Positions 51,865 to 64,000 of a DNA stretch of 64,000 nt are shown piece after piece. Made by a program: the position numbers and the translations under genes. The DNA is taken from the NCBI GenBank assembly GCA_028534125.1, contig CM052817.1:86802001-86866000 (forward strand), written 5' to 3'. Source of the DNA: Lama glama (taxonomy: Eukaryota). The notes beneath the pieces were generated by a model, which was not told where the DNA came from, did no database searches, and saw nothing but the letters and a program-made list of their open reading frames with translations. Within the stretch, counting starts at the first letter, position 1. Each line of letters begins with the position of its first letter.

Positions 51865-53509
51865 CCAAAAATAATATAAAGTACCACTATGGAAATAGGA
51901 CTTGGATAGAAGAAACAAAGAATAAAATTGTTTGGAATATAATTCTTAAATTCAAGATGGGTGAGTTTTCAAAGTTAGGGTCAGAAGTAAGTAAATTTTA
52001 TGGATATATGGGTAGGCTTATAATATTAAACTATTTAAAAATAGGTTACCTTGAAGTGCTGCTGGCCTCTATTCTGCAGTGATTTGCAGTGATGTGCAAG
52101 ACACATCCCAGCAGTTCAGAAAAAGTTTGTCAAGTGGACCAGGCATTAGGTAATGAGAGATAATACTAACAGGCAAAGGCAACAGACGAAAAGAAAAAAA
52201 AAAAAATGACAGAGAGAGATGGAAAAAGAAGAAAGAAGTAGGACAAAGAGAAGAGAAAATGAGATACTGAAAAAAACAACTGGTGGAGGTCTTGGCATCA
52301 TATATACTGTTCTGACTTGGCTGTACAATTTCTTCATATATGAATATTGATATTCTTTGAACAATATATAAAAATGTAATATTACAAAGCCATCATAGAA
52401 TATAACTAAATATTGTACACAATTTAACTGGGTTTGAAAGAGTCAAGAATTAAGATCACCTAAATTAATACATTGACTGTTTGGTAGCCTTTTTACTAAA
52501 GTTCACATATGCCTTAAAATTTTCAATACATCATGGTGTTACTTTTTTAGAAAATATTTAAATTTGCACATTTACCAAGTAAAAAAAATGAATCTTACTA
52601 TCAAGACTCAACAGACTATAATACTTTTCATGTTTATAGTTCAGGCATGAAGTTAAGGAGTTATTACCCTATTTGAGAATTATTTTGTATCATAGAGCCA
52701 AAATTATAAGGCATTCTGCCAGAGTAAGAAAAACTCATAATGGTTTTTATGGGTAAAGTGGGTAAAAATAAGGGAAGCAAACATTTATAGTGAATGAATC
52801 CACACATTAATAATTTAGGCTGCCTTGTATGGACCTGGTCTTTTTTTTGCTATTTATGTATACTTGAATTCCTAAAGTATTTATTTTATACCATAAGCAA
52901 TTAATTATATATTAATGACTAGTTACAAAAAGTGAAACCATCATAAATTGTAGGGAATTAGAAGGAACATTAAAATTATATATTCCAGTGGTACTAAAAA
53001 TTTTATAGCCTCAACACTATTTATTCAGATGATATCTGATGTGAAAACCTGATTATGGAAAACATAAAATGCTGGGTAAAATAATTTAATATGCTTTCAG
53101 ATTTATAGGTCTAAAGAAAATTAACAGAGGCCAGGATATTAATGGAATGTGGTTCTAGAAATTATTAAGCAATGAAGTTGCCAGATGCCATCACAGAAAA
53201 GAAAAAACCCAGGTATTAGATTTCTTTCATATAAAGAGCACAAACCTGTAAAAGGTAGGGAGATGGATTGGAGAAAAATCACACACAAAGCTAATCTTGG
53301 GATAAAATAAATGTGTGGGAAAAGGTAAGAAAGAAATAAAACTGTAACAAAGAAAAGCAGAACATAAAGAAAATTCTAACCCTGCTTTGTTATTTGATGA
53401 TGGTAAATAAATAATTAATTAATCTCTTTTGACATGTAATTGGCACTTTAACAATGGTTCAGTAAAAGATTTGAGTCCAAATTTATGGTGCTAATTCAAG
53501 ATTTTAAAA

Positions 53510-54075
53510 TTTAAGAGGAACTGGGCTTGTAGTGCTCCTAGGAACCTGATAAGATCAAGTACAATTTCTTCTGGAAGAAAAGCCATGCAATTCAATTACC
53601 ACAGATAGAATGACAGAATGATGAACTCACAATCCAAAATTACAAAACACGTAAGAAAAAACCTCCCATGAGTAAGAGTCATCTGTAATAACTAACAACA
53701 GAACCAACCCCAGAGGTAACTCCAAACTTGAATATGTTGTTTAAAATGCAAAACTATTATATTTCTATGTTTAAAGAAATAAAGTAAGGAAAGCAAAGTA
53801 TAAATTGAGAACTCTAAACTATTATAAATGGTTAGGAAGCCTTGATATTTAATGAAATGGAAATTTTAGAAACAGTGCACAAACACATATGCACACAGAC
53901 AAATTTTTAAGTAATGGTGATGCTAAACATTAGATAAAGAGCTAAAACAGGAATTAATAAAATTAAAAGTGGAAATAAAGGAAGTATACACAATGCAGCA
54001 GAGAAATAACTTAATGAAAAATACATAATATAGAGTGAGATTAATAGAAAAAAAAGAACATCCAAGGTCTATGGC
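53510..54075 (+). mobile_element. Old L1ME/HAL1-type ORF1 fragment
   Basis: aactcacaatccaaaattacaaaacac..ctatgtttaaagaaataaa..aatggaaattttagaa..cacaatgcagcagagaaataa. Confidence 0.7.
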
Positions 54076-54435
54076 ACTAATATATTATATATTCATATAT
54101 GTGATTTTAACTTATGAATGATTTGTTTTATTATATTATAATTAACATATTATATGTTAATATACATGATTTTAATGTTATCGATTCCTATATGCATATA
54201 TGAATGAAGCTATCAATGTGAACTTGTGAACTGTGAATGTCTAAACACACTAAATTCATAGAAGGAAGAGCATTCCTCATTTTGCAGATATCAATGGCTG
54301 CTTTCCTCAAAGAGGTGGATACTTCATTCTGTGCATGGGGATCAGGTCAGGCATGATACAGGTTTTGAGACTCTCTAAGTTATTTCACTTGGGCTTTTCA
54401 GGATGCAACATTAAAGGGAGCTAAAAACTCAAGCA

Positions 54436-54545
54436 TTATAGACTGAGTGTTTATGCCCCTCCCAAATGCAATGTTGAATCTCCAAATCTCACTGTGACTA
54501 TATTTGGAGATAGGAGCCTCTAAGGAAATAATTAAGTAATTGAGC
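54436..54545 (+). mobile_element. MLT1A-type LTR 5' fragment
   Basis: ttatagactgagtgtttatgcccctcccaaatgcaatgttgaa..tgtgactatatttggagataggagcctctaaggaaataattaag. Confidence 0.8.
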
Positions 54546-54559
54546 ACAGAAGTAGACCT

Positions 54560-56425
54560 TCATTTCTTTTGCCACTGGATAAAGGCATCAAAGCAATCCG
54601 ATATTCAAAAAAACGGTGCAGTAGCAACTGGAAATCTAGGATGAAATACATTAACCTGACTCTTATTTCACAATATTCTAAAATTACTTCAAATGAATCA
54701 TAAACCTAAATATAAAGTTAAACTATAATGATTCTAGAAGGAAACATTTCAAAGTATATTTATGACATTGTGTTAGGCAAAGATTTATTAAATAGGACAT
54801 GAAAAGTATAACCAGGAAAAAAATAAATGCCTTTATCAAAATTATTAAAAATCTGCATATTAAGAACACTACTAACACATTAAAAAGGTGAGCCACAGAG
54901 TAAAGGAAAACAGCTGCAATTCAAATACCTGCCAAGGATTTCATATTCAGAATATATAAATTGTGCTAATAAGAAATGTAAAAAACCAATTAAAAATGAG
55001 CAAAAGATTTGAAAATTCTCCCCTAAAGTAGAATATTCGAATCAATTATAAGCTTATGAAAAGTTAAACATCATTACTTCTCGGGAAAATGCAAATTAAA
55101 TCACAGTCAATAACAACCAGACACTCACCTAAATAGGAAAATCAAAACTATTTACCACTCCAAATATAAGTCTCATACATTCCTGGTATAAAATTCTAAA
55201 ATAAATACTAAAGCCATAAACTACTAAAATACTGAAACCATACTGGCGTTATTCATTAGAGAAATGCAAATTAAAATCACAGTGAAATACTATTATATAA
55301 CAATTAGAATGTCTAAAGTTAAAAAGCCTGATCACACCAAGTTTTATCAAGAATGTGGTGCAACTAGAACTCTCAAATATTGTTAGAAATTTAAAATAGG
55401 ACATTCACTTTGGAAAGCAATGTTTTTCATTTCTTAAGAAGTTAAACATACACCTATCATATAACACAGTCATTTCACTATCATCTATTTACCTAGGGGA
55501 AATTAAAGCATAAATCTGCACAAATACTAGCACATGAATAAACATAACCTTATTCCCAATAGCCAAAAACTAGAAACAACCTAAATGCCCATCAACAGTT
55601 AAATGGATACAAACTGTACTTCCTTGTAACAAAATGTTACTCAATAATGCAAAAAATTAACTATGGATACATGCATGGACATGGATGGATCTCAAAATAA
55701 TTATACTGACTAAAAGAAACAAGATTAAAAAATTACATATTGTATTACTCTATTTACATAAAATTTCTTAAAGATAAAATCTTTTGTATAATGAAGTGTG
55801 ATGGGGTGGGGCAAGGGTGTCAGGGGATGAGACTGCAAAGGGACAAGAAAAAATATTTTTGCAGGGAGAAAATATAATAGATATGTCTATTCTCTTGCCT
55901 GTGGTTATGGCTTCATGGAGTATACATATGTCAAATCATTAAATTATACACAGTAAACATGAAGTTTATTGTATATAATTTTTTTAAATTTGTTAAGCAT
56001 ACACATACACATTTGAAGTTTTTCAGAAGTTGCTACTAAAGTTAAAAATACATATACACCATGATCCAGCAATTCTACTTCTAAAGAAAGGAAGTTACAT
56101 AAAATATATAAAATACTTGTAAAATAAGGTTTAGAGTCATGTTATTCATTGTAGCCCAAGTCTATGCACACCACAGATGCCCACAATGTGGAAAATGGAA
56201 AGAAAAGAAAAAAAAAAAAACTATTGGGTTATATTCCTCCAAAGCAGTAATAAAAAAAAGAGATCAAATTACTGATACATGTTAATAGCATTATGCAATA
56301 AAATAAATTTTCTGTCTTTATGTGGTTGGTTGATACATACTACATATATGTAAAAATTCACATGTAATTATCAAATTGTGAATTTAAGAGTTCATTTCAT
56401 GTATGAAATTATACATCAATTAAAT
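54560..56425 (+). mobile_element. Old L1ME ORF2 3' part and 3' UTR, with a second L1 3' end nested at ~55250-55990
   Basis: The motif gaaatgcaaattaaa(a)tcacagt occurs at ~55085 and again at ~55261. The first element resumes at ~56010 (ccatgatccagcaattctacttct), and two separate 3' UTR endings are present. Confidence 0.8.
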
Positions 56426-56559
56426 CCCCATATGTATGTATGTCTCTGTGAGTTTATATATATAAGTGTATGGATCTTGTTTCCTATATATATAGAAATA
56501 TAATAAATAAACAGATAACCTGTATATATATGTGTGTAGAAACAGATATGGGTAGGAAT

Positions 56560-57570
56560 GAAAAAGCTATGAAGGATAATATGAATTAAATTAAAACTGA
56601 TATATATTTATAATAGTCAAAATAAAGAAGTTACATAGTCATAGAAGGCTCAGTTTCACAGGAGGACATAACAATTCTACATTTGTAAACTAATAACATA
56701 GAATCTAATAATAATCAATTTAAACAAAAAGAAGAAAAATTAACAAATCAAAACTTAAAAATAGACAACCTCACAAAGTGTAAGATTATGTTAAAATCAT
56801 CCAATTATAGGCATTAAATATACCAAGAAGATGTAATATCTGTACATTATCAATCTGTAATATATGGAAGATTTTAAGAAAACAATTAGCACACTTTATT
56901 CAATGTGTGTTTGTGTACTTTTTTCATATACCCAAATAGAAAATACAGCTGTACTATATAGTACATAATACATTAGAGAAAATCAATGAATTTCCATCCA
57001 CTGGCTAAAGAAGAAATCGAAAGTGCTGATAATATCTACAAAAACTTGAGGAATGCACCTAAATTTAGAGATAGAAGGAAATTTATATAATATGCTTATA
57101 TAAAATACATAAAATTTACAGTCAGAAAATTAGAAAGAAAACAAATTAGAAGAAATACAAACGAAGCACAAAGAAGAATAGAATGAACATAAGAATGTTA
57201 CTTAATGAGATAAAGAATAAAATATAATATTTTAAAAATAAGATAACATACTAAAGAGATTTAGCAAGACAAAAAGTTGAACCATATTAAAAAATAATGA
57301 ATTTGACAAATCTCTGACAATAACAATGAAGAGCCTAACGAGAACACAGAAATACACAGTATCAAAAATTAAAATATAAATATAGCTATAGATGTTGCAG
57401 ACACTAAAAAGATGGAAAAAACTATAAAAATCTGTTGAAATTTTAAACAGAAAAATTTCTGATAAACTATAGATTTCTAAAAGTGACTTAATAAAAAAAA
57501 ATCTGAAAAGCATTAAATCATAAAAAATCAAATCAATAATTTTAATTTTTCACCCACCAAAAGAAAAAAG
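56560..57570 (+). mobile_element. Old L1 ORF2 5'-half fragment
   Basis: aaggctcagtttcacaggaggacataacaattcta..aatttgacaaatctctgacaa..aatcaaatcaataattttaattttt. Confidence 0.75.
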
Positions 57571-60089
57571 GTCTTGATGGGTGTATATGTATATGCATGT
57601 ACCTTGTTTCCTATATATATATAAATATAACAAATATACAGATACCTGTATATATATATATGTATATTACTTGTATAATTTAAAAGTAAATTCAAGGAAC
57701 TGGTCATTTCAATTTAGTATAACATTTAAAAGTGGTCTGACCTTTTTGTTTTATATGAAGGATACTGAGATGTGTTTTTCAGAGGTAAAGAATTAAGATA
57801 GAACTGGATTCTAAATATCAATGAAGTCAACTGATTCTAAATAGAGTGCCTTTTAAAAATACTGCACCAAAAGTCTTTTGAATTAAGATATCTGACCCAT
57901 ACTTAGACTCTATGTTTCCTGGAAAAAAATAATAAGCTAACAGAAAGAGCACCTTTTCTCCAATAGAGAAAGGCTTGTGTGGTCGAATAAAGACAATTGC
58001 AGATCCATTCTCAACACCCAACATACAGGAGAGTCATCTCCATTATATAGAAAGTAAATTGTGAAACTGGATGCTAAAATACCACTTACAGACTTCAAAC
58101 ATCAAGAAAAAGGCATTATTAAGGAAAACTACAAATGTTTACTGCTAGAAAAATGGTGTAAAATGATTTTTAAGACTAAGTATTTATATTATTCTTATTT
58201 TCTCAAAACATTTACAAATAGGAACTCACATACAGAAGCCAAGTGGTATGACTTATGTAGCTAAAATGACAGAAAATAAAATACATGGAATTATGCATAT
58301 TCTTATCTAAAATGAGAACATGAATAAAAATAAATTGTAATAAGAATTCCTCCACATTTCTCCAATGAAATATAATACAACTATAGCTTGAATCAATTAT
58401 AGACTTCTAACTTATGTTAAAAACATTTTATTTAATTATGCTCTTTACACTATAAATAATCCAAGAAATATAGATCATGTGCTTTTTACAGCACTGCTTC
58501 AAGCTATAAGAAGGATTTTCATTTATCACTATTTAAATATTTATTAATATTGCCTATGGAACAAGTAGATGGGAAAACAAATTATAGTTATTATTAAAAT
58601 TTTATTGTGTATTGTTATTGATGGCCAATATTATGGAAATTATTTTTACACAAAAGTAAAACATTAAAGCATTTAATAAGGAAAAATAACCCTATTTAAA
58701 ATACTTGGCATGTTGAAGATGCTTAGCAAATCTGCAGAAGAACTAAATGCATGTTTTCTTATTTCAGATAATTAAAAGGCATGTATACTCATCTTCTAAT
58801 TATGATTTGATACCCATATTTCAATTTGAAAGCTACTCTTTTTAAGTGGATTAAAAAAAGAAATGTTTTAAAGTGGTTAATGTATTGACTTAAAAGCTCT
58901 TACTTTATAATGTTTAAGTTATGATCTGTTATTTAAATAACAACCAAAAATACACGTATAACTAGATATAAACATGTTACAAAAGAGTAGTCAAATTTAG
59001 CTTTCCTATCATTTCAAAGTTTGCTATTTTATTATAACAATAATCAGTACCACAACAGAAACAGCAGCATTTAATGGCACTATTAACTCAAGAACCTAAA
59101 ACAGCAACTACATTAATTACATTCATTATACTTAATTGAATCTAATCATCTAACCTAACAATTCCTTGTACACTAATTAATAAGACAGCATGCCTTCTGG
59201 ATCAGAAATGTATAAAAATAGTCTTTCTTTTTGAGTAGGTCATTTTTAGCAAAAATGTGTGAACCACAATTTACTGCAGACAGAAGATACTGAATTACAT
59301 TTAATTTTAATGTAACTTAGTGTCATATTCTTACTGATAATGACTTAAGAATCCCATGCCAGATTTTTTTTAATGTAAACAAATGTTTCACAACAGTCCT
59401 TTAGGATTTTTACTGCTCTTGTTAGCATGTGATTTTAGAGACATTGTTACCCTCAGTAGTCATTCCAACCATCATCTCTTTTATCAAATAGCCTATACAA
59501 ACCCTTTCACCCCCATTCCAAGCACATGATTTTGTGTCTGACCTAAAGAAATATTTATTTCAATTCTGCCTCTACAAATAACAAGTTGAACTAAATATGC
59601 TTGTATTATCATAGTTTTACAGCTCTCTGAATGGAGAAAAAAATCTCCTCCTCCTCTAAGGTTTCTGTAGCCAGTACAACAACTCTTGTCAGTAAGGACA
59701 CTGACACCTTCCTACTCCTTTCTTACCTTCTCTGCAACCACTGACTGCAGTTTCCTTCTCAAACTCCCTCTTCTCGTTTCCCCTCCTTCCTGGTTTCTTT
59801 TCCAACATCTCCTTCAACAAGATTTCTTTCCTATTCAGCATCAACTTTACCAACACCATTCATTTGCCCTTTTGGGTATCTGTCTTTCCTTCCATCCTGT
59901 CATTTCTCCCTTAATTTTTACATTACATCTTACTCAACTCAATAGAATTTTTTAAAAAGGAAAACTATATGCCACATCTCCCCAAATGACTTTATAATTT
60001 TTTTCACCCACTGTACAGATCACATATGATAATGACCAGAATAAAAACAACTTTCAAATGTCAACAAATGGTAAAGTACTATTATAATG

Positions 60090-60258
60090 AATAATTCTCA
60101 AATCGACTTAATATTTCAGTATTAATAATTTGCTTTAAAGGGAAAAAAATGTTGAGGATCAGATCATTTAAGTTGCTTAAGTTTTCACAGCTTGTAAACT
60201 GCAAAGCCATGACTGAAATCTTAGTCTGACTACAAATAACATGTTTTTCTACCAAGGC
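60090..60258 (-). mobile_element. MIR fragment nested in L2
   Basis: ttaagttgcttaagttttcacagcttgtaaactgcaaagccatgactgaaatcttagtctgactacaaa. Confidence 0.65.
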
Positions 60259-60474
60259 AGGTTGCTTCTCCACATTCAAATGACCAAGAGATGTCTTAGA
60301 CATCCAATAGGTAATATGAACCATCCAATGTCAAAAGTGATTCGATCATCTCTACTCTTCCACCTTCTCAAAGAAATCCAAACCTCCTCCTCATTTCTTC
60401 TCTATCACAGTTAAATCACTGTATTTCACCGTCATTCAAGCCAAAACCAGTGAATTGTATGGACTCTTCTATAA

Positions 60475-60524
<50 letters not shown>

Positions 60525-60525
60525 A
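60475..60525. repeat. Imperfect (TA)n microsatellite
   Basis: Read directly. Confidence 0.95.
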
Positions 60526-61081
60526 ATCTGTAGACAATTCCTATGAATTCTATCTGTTCAATATTTTTTCAAGCATAATCCTTCTTTGACTGAGAAGAAG
60601 GCCATTGATACTGCTCCATTTTAAGCTCTTATCATTTCTAGCCAGAAGCGGAGCAAACTACTTGTCTCTCTGCTTCCACACTGTCTTCCCTACAGTGTTT
60701 TTCACGTACGAGTGAATGATTTTTTTTCCATCAGAAACTAGATCTGGATACTTGCCTGCTTGAAACAATCCGCTGTAATTGGAATCAAAACTAAATTTCT
60801 TTAGATAGCCTGCAGAGGACTAGATGAAGTGGTCCTGGAACACCTCTCAACCTGCACTCCCCCCAGCTCCCTGCATTCAGCTCCTCCGCTCTCTGCCTAA
60901 TCTGCTGGCACAACAGTCAGCTTCAGGGCTTTCTACTTTCTTTAAGATATTCACTTCATTGGCTCTTCTATGCCATTTAGCTCACAAATTACATAATTCA
61001 CCCATTAGAATCTAAACTCTTCTCTAGTCATTTTCTATGAAAATGCTCTGATTAATTGTTTCAAAGCATTTTTTTGCATTA

Positions 61082-61899
61082 CAGTTAGTCCCACCTTACC
61101 CTTAGTTTCACTTTCCCCATCAACCATGGACTGAAAATGCTAAATGAAAATTCCAGAAATAAATAATTCATAATTTCTAAATTGAGCACTGTTCTGAGGA
61201 AAGTGATGAAATCTCACTCTGTCCTGCTCCATCCACCCAGGTCGTGAATCATCCCTTTATCCAGCATATCCCACCCTTTAGTCACTTGGTACCCAACTCG
61301 GTTATCAAATGGACTGTCCCCATACTGCAGTGCCTGTGTTCAAGTAATCCTTATTTTACTTAATAATGGCTCCAGCACAGGAGTGGTGATGCTGGCTGGC
61401 AATTTGGATATACCAAAGAGAAGCTGTAAACTGCTTCCTTTAAGTGAAAAGGTGAAAGTTTCTGACTAAATAAGGAAAGAAAAAAAATGGATGCTAAGGT
61501 TGCTGAGATCTATGGTAAGAATGAATCTACCATCCTTAAAACTGTGGAGGAAAAAGCAATCCACACTGGTCTTTGTGTCACACCTCAAACTACAAAGTTA
61601 GGGGCACAGTTGAGTGATAAGTAGTTACTTAAGATGGAAAAGGCGTTAAATTTGTACAAGATATTGTGAGAGAAAGATCACATTCACATAACTTTTATTA
61701 CAGTATATTGTTATAACTGTTCTACTTTATTAGTAGTTATGGTTGTTAATCTCTTACTGTGATTAATTTTTAAATTAAACATTACCAGAGGTATATATAT
61801 ATGAAAAAACAGTATATATAGGATTTGTTACTGTCCTCCGGTTTAAGGCATCCCATTGGGGGTCTTGGAATGTATCCCCTGTGAATAAGAAGGTATCTG
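61082..61899 (+). mobile_element. MER44/Tigger7-derived non-autonomous DNA transposon (TcMar-Tigger)
   Basis: It starts TA|cagttagtcccaccttaccc, has internal aatgaaaattccagaaataaataattcataa, and ends ggggtcttggaatgtatcccctgtgaataagaagg..ctg. It retains a transposase N-terminal remnant (PKRSCKLLPLSEKVKV) from ~61412. Confidence 0.92.
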
Positions 61900-62954
61900 A
61901 ATCTGAAAATGCTGGCTTCATTTTTATTTACTTATTTATTATCTCCTCCTAATACAATGTTTATGCAAGCAGGTATCTTAATCATCACTCACTCTGAATT
62001 CCTAAAGCAGTATCCGAAGCTAAACAAAGTATTTATTTAAAATACTTAGTGTCGCTCCAATTCTTAACAGTAAAAATGGCAACTTTATGATTAGATCATT
62101 TAAGATATTAATTATTTCTAATATCCACAAAACATTTTATTGAAATATGCCTGTGACTTCAAAGTTACAATTCCCTCTGCCATTTCCCACTTCTTCACCT
62201 ACTTAACCCATGGTCTTCATTCCAGACAGTGTTCACGCGTTACTTGATGTAAAAGAGTGTTACCTGGCTTAACCTAATCTAACATACATATTCTATGCTA
62301 CAATATAGGAGGTCCTGTAGCACTCTCAAAGCACTTTTGTTACTTTTGGAATATAAAATAAAGTTAAGACACACATAGAAACTTCCATTTCCAGGAATAC
62401 GGCTGAGAGGTAGCTTTGTTTATGGTCAATAGGAAACGGCTGGCTAGGTATGAGGAACCTCTTTAACCAAAAATCACTAAAAATGAATTTAAAAGATGAT
62501 AAAATACAATTTTCTGGCCCAAATCCAAGTGAGAGTAAATGGTTTTGGAAAGCAGATCCAACCCAAAGAATTGATTATTCCTGAAGTTACATTTGCCATG
62601 AGAGCATTTCTTAACCCTGGGGCCTTGAACTTCAGGTTTTTCTGCTGAGGCAGCACATCACCAGAAACCAAATGCAGGCTATGTTCCCCAGGGGCTGCAG
62701 AATGGAGATCTACTCACCATAAATGTGGGATCCTAAAGGCACCCTTCAATGTAACGATACAGCAAACTCATCTGCCCCACCACTCACTGCCAGAAGCCTG
62801 CCAGGAACTGCACTACCTTCAGCAAGTCTGGAGGAGGAAGGACGAGGGGCCACAGGCGCGTAAGCAACAGACCTAAACTGCTTGGGATTCATTATTCTAG
62901 CATATTAATTTCACATTCGTGACACACTAGAAACTAAGGTTCACTGAGCAACCG

Positions 62955-63095
62955 CAGTTATCCTTCCTTTAATAAACGGGAAATGTAAAGCAAGGCAGGA
63001 TACAGTGCTTTGCTCAATGTCACAAAGCCAGCAAATGGCAGAGCGGAAACTATCCAAGGCAGCAATCTTTCTGAACTATTAAACTGCCTCCCAGT
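62955..63095 (-). mobile_element. MIR fragment
   Basis: tttgctcaatgtcacaaagccagcaaatggcagagcggaaactatccaaggcag. Confidence 0.65.
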
Positions 63096-64000
63096 TTCAT
63101 GTTGCTGCCACAAATGTCACTTGAAAATTCTGATTGCCAAAGTCGTAACTCAAAAGGTTGTATTCCTACACTCCAGATTTTATGGAATGAAAATGTCATG
63201 GTGAGGGTGTATGTGAGTACTGAACTGCTTTCAGATTCCCATGGTGGTTTTCTGCTGCTAAATCCAAGTATCTACACATTTTATAGACAACATTCATAAA
63301 ATATAATGTTTGAATTAGGATAATGGAATAAAGAAAAAGTTAAAAATAAAGGGCACATTATATTATTTCTGTATTTTCTATTTTATAGATACGGATGGTA
63401 CCTAATAGCATACGTAATAGATGTGTGCATATATGTATATATGGTAAGATTTGTTGAGTTTCTTTATAAAACTTTAAAGGGCCCACTTCTTTCTTTATTC
63501 CATTTTTTCAATCCTATATCTGTTTTAAAGGAATCTGTAATATCATGGGAACATTCCAATATGGACAAGTTCTTAAAAGAGGGAAACAAAAAAATTTCTC
63601 TTAAATGCAAAGACTAAACAATAATATCACTCCTACTACTAAAGGGTAAGGCCAAAATGGAAATCAAGTTAGAAGAGTTTGAGGTAAAATGAGAAATAAA
63701 ACGAGTTAAGACAGTTTACTCGAAATGCTCACTGTGGTTAATCTAAACAATCCTGGTCTAAAATTATGAATTAACTTAGATCCAACAGGAAGTAAAACAC
63801 AGGCACAACAGAAGAGGGAAAACCTCTAACCCCTCTGAATTATAACCCAGCATTGTAACCTATCTGTGTGCAAAACCAAAATCAACCCTTCCCACTACGT
63901 GTTTTATTTGACCTGTCAGTAGTCCTTTGACCATTTGTAAATTAATCAAAAATTAAGGAATTGTCTCATATTCTGAAATACCTTGCTCCTTCTGTAACAG

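Larger units (their letters stand above)
59600..62050 (+). mobile_element. L2, interrupted by a MIR, a (TA)n tract and MER44
   Basis: caaccactgactgcagtttccttctcaaactccctctt..ccacattcaaatgacc..ttcaagccaaaaacc..cttgtctctctgcttcc; the 3' end resumes after 61900 (ctctgaattcctaaagcagtatc). Confidence 0.7.

Overview
AT-rich, CpG-poor mammalian non-coding DNA (intergenic or deep intronic), most likely from a camelid. The main evidence is a tRNA-derived SINE with the Vic-1-type head and tail, plus artiodactyl-type L1 3' ends; I saw no ruminant or pig SINEs. I cannot support any protein-coding gene, functional RNA gene, CpG island or CRISPR array. The listed ORFs are short and are chance ORFs or frames within transposons. 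The window is a layered transposon record: old L2, MIR, MLT1, LTR33, MER5A, MER94, MER44/Tigger7, HAL1 and L1M fragments, plus three younger insertions with readable target-site duplications (TSDs). The most interesting structure is at 37.6-40.1 kb, where a 5'-inverted (twin-primed) L1 with a 15-bp TSD sits inside an older inverted L1 5' region carrying ~355-365-bp tandem monomers. Other points of note are a ~55-bp direct repeat bracketing an L1 fragment, several perfect palindromes, local tandem duplications and weak candidate exons. I found no convincing previously undescribed biological system. Subfamily names come from recalled consensus similarity, not from a database search, and boundaries of old elements are approximate.
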